Below are positions 16,216-23,538 of a stretch of DNA of 24,301 bases, one piece after another; the first letter of the stretch is position 1, and every line of letters starts with the position of its first letter. The stretch is taken from the IMG/VR virus record IMGVR_UViG_3300009095_000073, positions 1-24,301 of that record, one strand, 5' to 3'. The translations under genes and the position numbers were made by a program. The notes beneath the pieces are model-generated. The model ran no database searches. It was not told the origin of the DNA and saw only the letters and a list, made by a program, of their open reading frames with translations. Source of the DNA: a virus (taxonomy: Duplodnaviria > Caudoviricetes).

Positions 16216-17946
16216 TCAGGCGACGGTCACACCGCGCCGCTCGTAAGCCGACTCGTAGGCGTCGTCCTCGCCGCGCAAGCTCCAGGCCGCCGCAGCCATC
16301 AGCGCCGTCGGCACCGCGTCGATGCGCCGGGCTTCCTTGTCCCGCTGCGGCTTGTCCGGCCGCACCAGGTCCGGGTTGTACGGCGCGACGCGCATCTCCA
16401 CGGAGTCGAAGCAGTATTCCGCGACGGGATTCCCGTGCGTGGCGAACCGCTCGGACATGACCAGCGCCATGACCTCGTTCGCGCCGGGCGTCATCCGGTC
16501 GTAGGTGTTCTTGTAGGCCATGACCTCGCCGGATTCCGGGTCGAGCCCGACAGCTTCGGCCACCCGGTTGATCAGCGGCCACATGCTCCACTCGTCCGCG
16601 TCGATACCGCGGAAGGCGAAGTGCGCCCCGTCCTCGGCGATGTCGGAGACGATCCGGTCGTAGTCCTGGATGTTGCCTTCGGTCACCGTGATCCAGCCCT
16701 GCCGCGCCCACCGGCCGAACTTCCCGTCGTTCTCCGCGTCCAGCTTCGGTAGTGCGTCCTCGGGCAGCCAGAACCGCCACAGCACATCCACCGGGCCACC
16801 CGGCTCCTCCGGCGGCAGCAGCACGCACCACGCCGTCAAGTCGAACTTCGCCGAGAGGTCCAGCCCTCCCCACGCTTCCCGGCCCACCAGCTGCTCGCGC
16901 GCCCAGTCCGGCTTCAACCACAGCTCGCCGGCGCACGCCTTGTACAGGTGCATCGGCATCCACCGGGTCGTCTGCCGGACCCACTGGTTCAGGCGGAACT
17001 GGCGGAACGCGTTCTCCTTCTGCGGGTCGTTGCGCGCATCCGAAGCCGCCTGGCGGAACTTCTCCAGCGAGAGGAAGTCCCCCAGCGCGGGGTTGGCGAA
17101 CTTCCAGTTCGCCTCATCCCACGGATCCGCATCCACCTCGGTGTTGCGCAGGTAGACGAACGTGTGCGGCGACCGCTCGGGTTCGTCGGCGATCTTCTGC
17201 ATCTCGGCGTGCATCCCCGCGGCGAAGCTCTGCGGGTCGCTGCCGGCGGTCGTCGCCGCCACCATGAGCGGCTGGCGGCGCGCCCCTGAGCCCATGCCGG
17301 TCTCCATCGCGTCCCACAGGTCCCGCTTGCGCCAGGCGAGGATCTCGTCCGCCGCGACCCCGTGCGGGTTGTAGCCCAACGCGCCGGCCGCATCCGCAGC
17401 GATCACCTGATAGAAGGACGCGGTCCGCGGGTCGACGATGCGCTTGTTGGCGTCCTTGACGCGTAGCCGCTTCGACAGCAGCGGAGACAGCTGCACCATG
17501 CGTTTGGCGACGTTGAACACCAGCGACGCCTGGTCCCGGTCGCGCGCGCACCCATAGAGCTCGGCCTCCTCCTCGCCGTCGGCGAGCAGCAGGTAGAGCA
17601 TCATCGCGGCCTGGATCTCCGACTTGCCGTTCTTGCGCCCCAGCTCGATCCATGCCGTCGAATACCGGCGCACGTACTGCTCATGCTCCTCGGACCAGCG
17701 CACCGACCCGAACAGCGGGCGGATGATCTCATCGCGCTGCCAGGGGGCGAGGATGAACCGCTTGCGGGCGTAGGCGCCCTTGGTGTGGACGAGGACCTCT
17801 TCGATGAACCCCTGGACGTGGTCCGCGCGTGGGGCGCAGAAGTGGTCGCCGCGCTTGGAGCAGGTGCGGTCGTCGTGGGTCCACCCGCAGACCGGCAGCT
17901 TCTTAGGAGAGGTACCGCGCCGGGGACTTTTCGTCGTCACCCTCAT
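16216..17946 (-). CDS. terL: Terminase large subunit (576 aa)
   Basis: Q-motif LAPWQ, Walker A GRKNGKS, Walker B VAADE, coupling motif TTAG, nuclease motifs GGLDLS..DLTA and RIDAV. Confidence 0.96.
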   Translation of the reverse strand: MRVTTKSPRRGTSPKKLPVCGWTHDDRTCSKRGDHFCAPRADHVQGFIEEVLVHTKGAYARKRFILAPWQRDEIIRPLFGSVRWSEEHEQYVRRYSTAWIELGRKNGKSEIQAAMMLYLLLADGEEEAELYGCARDRDQASLVFNVAKRMVQLSPLLSKRLRVKDANKRIVDPRTASFYQVIAADAAGALGYNPHGVAADEILAWRKRDLWDAMETGMGSGARRQPLMVAATTAGSDPQSFAAGMHAEMQKIADEPERSPHTFVYLRNTEVDADPWDEANWKFANPALGDFLSLEKFRQAASDARNDPQKENAFRQFRLNQWVRQTTRWMPMHLYKACAGELWLKPDWAREQLVGREAWGGLDLSAKFDLTAWCVLLPPEEPGGPVDVLWRFWLPEDALPKLDAENDGKFGRWARQGWITVTEGNIQDYDRIVSDIAEDGAHFAFRGIDADEWSMWPLINRVAEAVGLDPESGEVMAYKNTYDRMTPGANEVMALVMSERFATHGNPVAEYCFDSVEMRVAPYNPDLVRPDKPQRDKEARRIDAVPTALMAAAAWSLRGEDDAYESAYERRGVTVA

Positions 17947-18370
17947 CGCCCCCCACGGACAGCTGCGTGCGGTCCGCGGGGTTCAGCCCGAATCGGGAGC
18001 CCATCTTGACCATCACGTCAGCGGCGTCCCGCCAGATCTGCCACCACGGGTTCTTGGCTGCCACCCCGCGGTGCCCCTCCACGACCTCGCCGTCTGCGTC
18101 CAATCGGGCAGCCGCCCGGCGGTGGCGTGCGACCGCGTCGCAGAAGGTGGCGAAGCTGTCGACGTCCCACGGCGTCAGCACCTTGCGGGCGACCAGGTCC
18201 GGGGCGATCCGGTCCCACACCGCGCGGGCCTCGTCGGAGAGGCGGTCGGGGGCGCGGACCTCGCCGTCGGCTGGGACGGGCTCGTCGAAGTTGATGCGGT
18301 CCGGGCGGTCGCCCTCGACCGCTGCGAGCGCGCGGGGCTTCTTGTGGCCGCCCTGCTTGCCGATCGCCAT
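17903..18370 (-). CDS. terS: Terminase small subunit, P27 family (155 aa)
   Basis: Start re-called to the ATG at 18370; motifs KPRAL...GDRPDRIN, LSDEARAVWDRI, KNPW, FGLNPADR. Confidence 0.92.
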   Translation of the reverse strand: MAIGKQGGHKKPRALAAVEGDRPDRINFDEPVPADGEVRAPDRLSDEARAVWDRIAPDLVARKVLTPWDVDSFATFCDAVARHRRAAARLDADGEVVEGHRGVAAKNPWWQIWRDAADVMVKMGSRFGLNPADRTQLSVGGDEGDDEKSPARYLS

Positions 18371-18399
18371 GGCCACCCCCTGCGCTCTGCGGTGAGGAA

Positions 18400-18510
18400 G
18401 TCCGATTTCCCAGCCGGCGGGCAAGTCCAGTCACCCGCGCGCTCGGCGATTTGTCCGTTTTGTGCGATTTGGACGCCCTACCCCCGGCCCGCCCCGGCGG
18501 GGTGCCCCCT
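18400..18510 (-). other. Candidate cos / packaging initiation region
   Basis: Non-coding, between HNH and terS. Minus-strand GGGGGTAGGGCGTCCAAATC resembles the end context of HK97-like cos phages; three AAATCG boxes follow. Confidence 0.5.
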
Positions 18511-19184
18511 CCGACCGGCGCCCGGGGTCCCTCGACCGGACGGCCGGGCCCCTCCCGGGTGCGCCGGGGCCCCTGCCGTGGGGCGGGGCGCCGGGCCGGC
18601 GGGGCGCCGGCGGGGTGTTGGCGGCGTTCGCCTCACACGGTGCGGTGTGGCGGTCGATGTCCCTGTGCCCGCGTGCGGGCCGCGGGCGCGGGCTCGCGCC
18701 CTTGGCCTCGACCTCGTCGTCTCGCTTGTTGTTCTCGTTGTTCGCTTCGCTTCGAGCTCGCGTCGTTCGTGCTCGGCTCGCCGTGTTCGCTCGCGTGCTC
18801 GCGCTCGTCGTCGCGTCGCGCTGATCGCTGCGTCCGATGTCTGCGTCGCGTGCGCGCTGTCGCCGTGTCGCTGTGCTGCTCGCGCGCCAGTGCGCCAGTG
18901 CGTGAGGCGGCAGGCTGCACGCCTCGCTGGCGCTGGTCGCGTCGAGGTGCGCACGTGCTGCGCGTTGAGCAGCATGCTCGTGGTCGTGCGCCTCGTGGTG
19001 GCGTGTCACCCTGCGCTGCACCTCTTGCTCGCCTGGCCTGCGCCGTGCGGTCGAGCATTCGCCCCCCCCGGGGGAGGGTGGCGTGTGCGGGCGGAGCGGG
19101 GTGTGCGTGCGGGGGTGCGCCCCTGCCCGTACCCCACGCCCATGCCCCCGGCGGGCGGGGACCGGGAAGGGGAGGGGGGAGGGG

Positions 19185-19583
19185 CTACCAGGGTGCCCCC
19201 CGGTACCAGCCCCCCTCCTGCCCGGGGGTAGTGGCCGTGTGCCGGTCATGGCACCGCTTGCAGAGCCCTCGCCCATGAGAGGGATCGTCGGCGTCCAGCC
19301 CCATGGCCACCAACGTCTTGCGGTCCAGCGGGTAGTGGTCGGCCACCGTGGCTTCACGGCGCCTGCAGATGCGGCACAGCCGGTCCCGCATGAGCACCCC
19401 GATGCGGAAGCGCTCCCGGTGCCCCCGGCCGTACCCCTGCTCCGAAGCGGTGCCTCGCCGGGTACGCAGGTCCCGGTTGGACCGGGCCCGGCAGGTCGAG
19501 CAGGTCGGCTTGCCGGGCCGGGCGGAATTCCCGCACCCGGGGGTCTTGCACGGCTGGAGCGGCCTTCTCGGCAATGCAACCAC
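19185..19583 (-). CDS. Packaging-associated HNH endonuclease (132 aa; may start at TTG 19574)
   Basis: N-terminal PCKTPGC...CSTC; RGTASEQGYG; RDRLCRIC; ATVADH; RGLCKRCHDRHT; lies upstream of terS. Confidence 0.88.
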   Translation of the reverse strand: MVALPRRPLQPCKTPGCGNSARPGKPTCSTCRARSNRDLRTRRGTASEQGYGRGHRERFRIGVLMRDRLCRICRRREATVADHYPLDRKTLVAMGLDADDPSHGRGLCKRCHDRHTATTPGQEGGWYRGAPW

Positions 19584-19662
19584 CCCGCGCGCTTTCGCGT
19601 CTTATGCTCGTACTTCCATTCGGGGCCCGCTCCCCCACTCCCTGCTACCCGAGGAGTCCCCG

Positions 19663-20283
19663 ATGTCTCTGCGCGCCCGTACCGCGGCCTCTGCCGCCCT
19701 GCTGGCCCTGCTCCTGTCCGCCTGCTCCGGCACCGAGGCCGAGCCTGCAGAGGAGGTCGGCGGCGAAGAGCCGGCCTCCGAGGAACAGGCCGAGCAGGTC
19801 GCCGATCCCCTCGCGTGGGGTGAGACCGCCGAGGTGATCGGCGACAACGGCACCCCGCTGGAGTTGACCCCGGTCGCGGTGCACTACGCCACTGCCGAGG
19901 AGGTGGGCGGCGAGGAGGGTATCGACGCCCCGGACAACGGCCTGTACGCCGCGGTGCAGATCGAGGCGGTCGCCCTGGAGGGGCCGGAGACCACGACCGC
20001 GCCGATCGACGGCGGCGGGTGGGCTTGGCGCCAGGACGGTCAGCAGTACTCGACGGTGGATGGCACGGCGACGATGGCGCCATGGGTGGGCAGCGTCCCG
20101 GAGTTCACGGTGGACGCCCCGATCCTGCCGGGGGAGGACGCCACGGTCGGGTTCGAGTCGTTCGACATCCCGGAGGCGGGCGGGCATCTGGCCTACACCG
20201 ACGCCGCAGGCGCGATGGTGCGCTGGGAGGCGCCCGCCGAGTCCGACGACATCCCCGAGGTTGAGGAGTGGATCGGTCAGTAG
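19663..20283 (+). CDS. Secreted lipoprotein, moron-like (206 aa)
   Basis: GAGGAG RBS at 19651-19656; signal peptide MSLRARTAASAALLALLLSA-C with lipobox; acidic linker then a beta-rich domain; antisense to the phage genes. Confidence 0.85.
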   Translation: MSLRARTAASAALLALLLSACSGTEAEPAEEVGGEEPASEEQAEQVADPLAWGETAEVIGDNGTPLELTPVAVHYATAEEVGGEEGIDAPDNGLYAAVQIEAVALEGPETTTAPIDGGGWAWRQDGQQYSTVDGTATMAPWVGSVPEFTVDAPILPGEDATVGFESFDIPEAGGHLAYTDAAGAMVRWEAPAESDDIPEVEEWIGQ

Positions 20284-20288
20284 GCGGA

Positions 20289-20380
20289 CCGGCCCGGCTC
20301 GCGCGATCCCCCCAGAGCGGAGCCGGGCCGGAGTGGGTGTGCCCGGCGGCGGGGCCGGGGGCGGTGTGACCGCCGGGCAC
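20289..20380. terminator. Two GC-rich hairpins between convergent genes
   Basis: Perfect 12-bp inverted repeat 20289-20300/20320-20331 and 11-bp inverted repeat 20339-20349/20370-20380. Confidence 0.55.
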
Positions 20381-20384
20381 GTGG

Positions 20385-21110
20385 TCAGGTGAGCAGGGGC
20401 TGCACGGCGGAGAGCCGCTCCCGCGCGATGGCCGCATAGTGTTCGGACATCTCGATGCCGATGAATCGGCGCCCCTCCTCCAGTGCGGCGACGCCGGTGG
20501 TCCCGGACCCCATGCAGGGGTCGAGCACGGTGCCGCCCTCGGGGGTGATCTTCACCAGTTCCCGCATGATTTCGACGGGCTTCTGGGTGATGTGCTGCCG
20601 GCGGTTTCCCCGCGGCTGGGAGCCGCGGAGCAGGCCGGGCAGGTAGATGTCGGGGACGTGCCGGTGCGGTTCGCCGTGGGTTCCCCACAGCACGTACTCG
20701 CAGGCGCGCCGGAATCCGTTCTTGAAGGGGCGGGTGGCCGACTTCTCCCAGGGCACGATCCCGCGCCAGATCCACCCGGCGGCTTGCAATGCGTCCGAGG
20801 TGACGGGCAGCTGCGACCAGTCGGTGAACACCAGGCACGATCCGCCCTGACGGGTGGCGTGCAGGGACGCCCCGAGCAGGAGGGTGAGCCAGTAGGTGTA
20901 GCCGCGCTGGTCCTTGTTGTCACCAGCGAAGTCGGGCAGCGTGTGCTGGGCGTCGGAGGAGACGTACTTGCTGCGAGCCGAGGCGGTACCCCTCGCCGCG
21001 GCGGTGGGGCCGGAGACGTTGTAGGGCGGGTCGGTGATGACCGCGTCGACGGCGCCGGCGGGCAGGTTCGGCAGGATGGCGAGGGCGTCGCCTTGGTGGA
21101 TGGTCTGCAT
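20385..21110 (-). CDS. Orphan amino-DNA methyltransferase (N6-A/N4-C, beta class, 241 aa)
   Basis: Motif IV VITDPPY near the N-terminus; HITQKP; motif I VLDPCMGSGTTG; RRFIGIE. Confidence 0.93.
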   Translation of the reverse strand: MQTIHQGDALAILPNLPAGAVDAVITDPPYNVSGPTAAARGTASARSKYVSSDAQHTLPDFAGDNKDQRGYTYWLTLLLGASLHATRQGGSCLVFTDWSQLPVTSDALQAAGWIWRGIVPWEKSATRPFKNGFRRACEYVLWGTHGEPHRHVPDIYLPGLLRGSQPRGNRRQHITQKPVEIMRELVKITPEGGTVLDPCMGSGTTGVAALEEGRRFIGIEMSEHYAAIARERLSAVQPLLT

Positions 21111-21218
21111 CCTGTGCTCCCAGGTGGGGATGGGGGCGCGAGTTTTTGGCCCGCGCGTTTTCCACAGCCGCCGAAGCGGCTCTACCGGCCGGTGTGCGGC
21201 GGCCGGAGCATGGGGCTC

Positions 21219-21383
21219 ATGGAGTACAGGGTGCTGTGGGCGGACGAGGACGAGCTCGGCGGGCGGCTGACTGCGGAGGCGGCTGCCGGCTGGCGCGTCG
21301 TCAGCGTGGACTGGCGGGCGATGAGGGATGACGGCGCCGCGGTGGAGGTCGGCGTGCGGGTCCTGCTCGGCAGGCCGACATGA
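21219..21383 (+). CDS. Small protein resembling the DUF4177 family (54 aa; alternative start 21210)
   Basis: GGAG upstream; MEYRVLWADEDELGGRLTAEAAAGWRVVSVDW...VRVLLGRPT shows the EY-K/R...L...GW-x-x-V pattern. Confidence 0.6.
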   Translation: MEYRVLWADEDELGGRLTAEAAAGWRVVSVDWRAMRDDGAAVEVGVRVLLGRPT

Positions 21384-21410
21384 AAAAGGACCCGGCGGAA
21401 CCGGGCCCTT
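21383..21410 (-). terminator. Intrinsic terminator (minus strand; possibly bidirectional)
   Basis: AAGGGCCCGG-TTCCG-CCGGGTCCTT followed by TTT, giving a 5-U run on the minus strand. Confidence 0.75.
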
Positions 21411-21433
21411 CGACAGAAGTTCTATTTGATCAA

Positions 21434-21462
21434 ATCCTAGCGTTGCAGGGAATCGCGCGCAA
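21434..21462 (-). promoter_or_regulatory. Candidate housekeeping-sigma (late) promoter
   Basis: TTGCGC (21462-21457), 17-nt spacer, TAGGAT (21439-21434), in a locally AT-rich stretch, pointing toward the late genes. Confidence 0.55.
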
Positions 21463-21607
21463 CTACACCACCATCTGCGGCGGCGTCAACACTTTCGATC
21501 CGCGCGATGGCGTCGTTGCCGACGAGCTGGCCGACATCTAGCATCCGCTGCTCCATGTCCTCGACTGCGGACGCTGACGCTGCGCAGAGCACACTGATCG
21601 GGTCCAT
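21437..21607 (-). CDS. Possible small protein (56 aa)
   Basis: GGAAAGGGAGG RBS 5 nt before ATG; MDPISVLCAASASAVEDMEQRMLDVGQLVGNDAIARIESVDAAADGGVVARDSLQR. Atypical codons, and the 3' end overlaps the candidate promoter. Confidence 0.4.
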   Translation of the reverse strand: MDPISVLCAASASAVEDMEQRMLDVGQLVGNDAIARIESVDAAADGGVVARDSLQR

Positions 21608-21672
21608 GAGGGCCTCCCTTTCCTATCTAGAGAATTGCCCGCTGACCATGCGGCGCCGAGGGCAGACTCCCC

Positions 21673-21897
21673 TTACCTGGACGACTGTCTCCCGATGCGA
21701 TATCCGAAACGGCGCAGGACCGCCTCGGCGCCGATGAACAACAGCCCGGTCCCGGCGGTCACGCCGACGGCGTCCACCAAGGGCGACGCGTCGCCGGCGA
21801 GCTTCGCGGCGGCCGCGACCACGAGGGCGGCGGCCAACAGGACGGCGGCCCCGGGGCGGGTTACCGCGCGGCGGATTGCCCTGTCGAGGATCATCAT
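21673..21897 (-). CDS. Small two-TM membrane protein (74 aa)
   Basis: ATGA coupling to the upstream gene; two hydrophobic segments (AAVLLAAALVVAAAA and AVGVTAGTGLLFIGAEAVL); basic termini. Confidence 0.6.
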   Translation of the reverse strand: MMILDRAIRRAVTRPGAAVLLAAALVVAAAAKLAGDASPLVDAVGVTAGTGLLFIGAEAVLRRFGYRIGRQSSR

Positions 21898-22706
21898 GAC
21901 GCCATCATCTCCTTTTTCCGGCCCGCGCGGGGGCCTTCTGCGGCGAGGCGGGCGACGTCGGCGAACCGGTAGCGGGGAACTCCGTCGCCGGGGTTGGTGC
22001 GGTGCAGGTGGCCGCGGGATGCCCAGGACCGGATGGTGCCGGGGGTGATCTTGACGCCGAGGTGGGTGCGGCAGAACGCGGCCAGCTCGCTCGCGCCGGC
22101 TTCGTGGCCCCAGGCGAGGTCGCGCAGGTAGCCCTGCCACGCCTCCACCGAGACCGCCCCGTCGCAGTCGTCGGTGCGGCACCATCCCCACGCGGCGCCG
22201 GCGGGGGCGTAGACGGGGGCGTGGCAGTTGGGGCAGCGGCCGACGCCGATGCGGTCGGGCGGGGTGTCGACGGCGCGGCGGGCGTCGGCGACGGCGTCGA
22301 GCACCTCGTCGACGAGCTCCGCGCCGTAGGGGGCGTGGCGGGCCCATCCGCACAGCGGGACGAGCCAGGCGGCGATGGCGGCGAGGTCGTCGGCCGGGAG
22401 GGCGGCGCGGACCCCGTCCTCGGCGGCGACCCGCACCCACCCGACGAGCACGCCCTTGAGGTGTTCGCGGGCGTCGGAGGCGCGGACGTCGATCGGCATG
22501 GGGGCTTCGGAGGCTTTGGTGCGGCCGCCGCCGTGGGTGGTGGGGCGGGTGCCGAGCCGCGCGATGGCGATGTCGAGGTCGTAGGCGAGGCCGCGTTCGC
22601 CGGCGACCTGGCGGAGCGCGTCGGCGGCGGCGCCGGCGCACCCGGTGCACACGTAGGCGTCGTCGCCGCTGGGTCGCCCGCACAGCTGGCATTCCGTTCC
22701 GGTCAT
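21894..22706 (-). CDS. Zn-finger plus C-terminal HTH DNA-binding protein, putative late regulator (270 aa)
   Basis: CQLC..CTGC and CPNC..CRTDDC clusters; C-terminal ITPGTIRSWASRGHL...PRYRFADV is a MerR/Xis-like winged HTH; sits at the middle/late boundary. Confidence 0.8.
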   Translation of the reverse strand: MTGTECQLCGRPSGDDAYVCTGCAGAAADALRQVAGERGLAYDLDIAIARLGTRPTTHGGGRTKASEAPMPIDVRASDAREHLKGVLVGWVRVAAEDGVRAALPADDLAAIAAWLVPLCGWARHAPYGAELVDEVLDAVADARRAVDTPPDRIGVGRCPNCHAPVYAPAGAAWGWCRTDDCDGAVSVEAWQGYLRDLAWGHEAGASELAAFCRTHLGVKITPGTIRSWASRGHLHRTNPGDGVPRYRFADVARLAAEGPRAGRKKEMMAS

Positions 22707-22789
22707 GGCATCCCCCGGTTTGATAGCTGTCCGCTATGATGATCATGCACCTGTGAGGGGTGTGCGAGAGGACAGCGTGTGCGCGGCGC

Positions 22790-22819
22790 GGGCCGCCCGG
22801 TTCCCACCCCGGGCGGCCC
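22790..22819. terminator. GC-rich hairpin, possible terminator
   Basis: Perfect 11-bp stem GGGCCGCCCGG/CCGGGCGGCCC with an 8-nt loop, just after the stop at 22823. Confidence 0.5.
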
Positions 22820-22822
22820 TTC

Positions 22823-23296
22823 TCATGCCCCGGCGGGCCGCCACCGCATGGCGTCGGGGCTGATGGTCCAGTCCCGGGCCACCACGTGGGCGCCGTCGCC
22901 GGCGGCCTCGGCCGCGGCCTGGGCGAGCACGCCGAGCTCGCCGCGGACGTAGTCGGCGGTCCGGTACACGCCGCCCGGGAGCGGATGGGTGGGGACGAGG
23001 TCGGCGTGGTGGGCGCAGTCGAACCCGACCACCCGCCCGCCGTCGTCGTCGGCAGCGGTGTAGGTGATGCCGCCGTGCACGGCGACGTCGGCCAGGTCCT
23101 CCGGGTCCGCGGCACACCAGGGGTGGCCGGGGGGCAGGTGGAGGTAGCCGCACAGGTGGCCCCAGGGGTGGCGGAGGATCCGGCAGGTGTAGCCGGTGGC
23201 GGGGTCGGTCCAGGTCTGCTCGTCGGGCTCGTGCTCCCACGGGGCGGGGGTGTCTGCGGCGAGCGCGGCGTCGATGGCGTTCAGGATGTCGGTCAC
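22823..23296 (-). CDS. Phage hypothetical protein with Cys/His motifs (157 aa)
   Basis: Start re-called to GTG 23296 (GTGA overlap, GAGGAGG RBS); GHLCGY..HPW..VHGGITY..GFDCAH pattern recognised from phage hypotheticals. Confidence 0.8.
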   Translation of the reverse strand: MTDILNAIDAALAADTPAPWEHEPDEQTWTDPATGYTCRILRHPWGHLCGYLHLPPGHPWCAADPEDLADVAVHGGITYTAADDDGGRVVGFDCAHHADLVPTHPLPGGVYRTADYVRGELGVLAQAAAEAAGDGAHVVARDWTISPDAMRWRPAGA

Positions 23297-23538
23297 TGTC
23301 CCTCCTCGTTGTCGACCGTCGCCCCGCAGTCGGGGCACTCGGGTCGCACGTCGTTCATGGAGACCAGGACGCCCACGGCGTGGGCGGCCAGTGCGGCGTT
23401 GATCTCGTCTTGGGTGGCGTCGCGCAGTGCCTTTCCACAGCCGTTGCATCCGCGCTTGGGGCGGAGCATGGGGGCGTCGCCGACGGGGCCTCCATGGATG
23501 ACGAATTCTGTGGCGGGGTTCTCCTCGATGCTGCTCAT
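23293..23538 (-). CDS. Hypothetical Zn-binding protein (81 aa)
   Basis: Start re-called to ATG 23538 (ATGA overlap, AGGAG RBS); CNGC and CPDC motifs. Confidence 0.7.
   Translation of the reverse strand: MSSIEENPATEFVIHGGPVGDAPMLRPKRGCNGCGKALRDATQDEINAALAAHAVGVLVSMNDVRPECPDCGATVDNEEGQ

Noticed and set aside
16216-17946. Possible intein in the large terminase, a common actinophage intein host
   Set aside because: Normal length, contiguous ATPase and nuclease motifs, no Hint blocks.
19185-19583. HNH gene as a mobile homing endonuclease or a holin
   Set aside because: Size, N-terminal Cys cluster and position before terS fit the packaging-associated HNH type; no transmembrane segment.
17780-20083. 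Long ORFs across the HNH-terS spacer (18431-20083 minus, 17780-19231 plus, 18451-19278 plus and others)
   Set aside because: Low-complexity Arg/Ala/Pro translations, overlap with real genes, no clear RBS; explained by the skewed composition.
20439-21383. 314-aa plus-strand ORF
   Set aside because: Mostly antisense to the methyltransferase; only the last ~54 codons are plausible.
21465-21489. Second -35-like hexamer TTGACG on the minus strand (21484-21489)
   Set aside because: No convincing TAnnnT -10 element at 17-18 nt spacing.
21673-23115. 480-aa minus-strand ORF
   Set aside because: Out-of-frame overlap with two better-supported genes; only the last 74 codons look coding.
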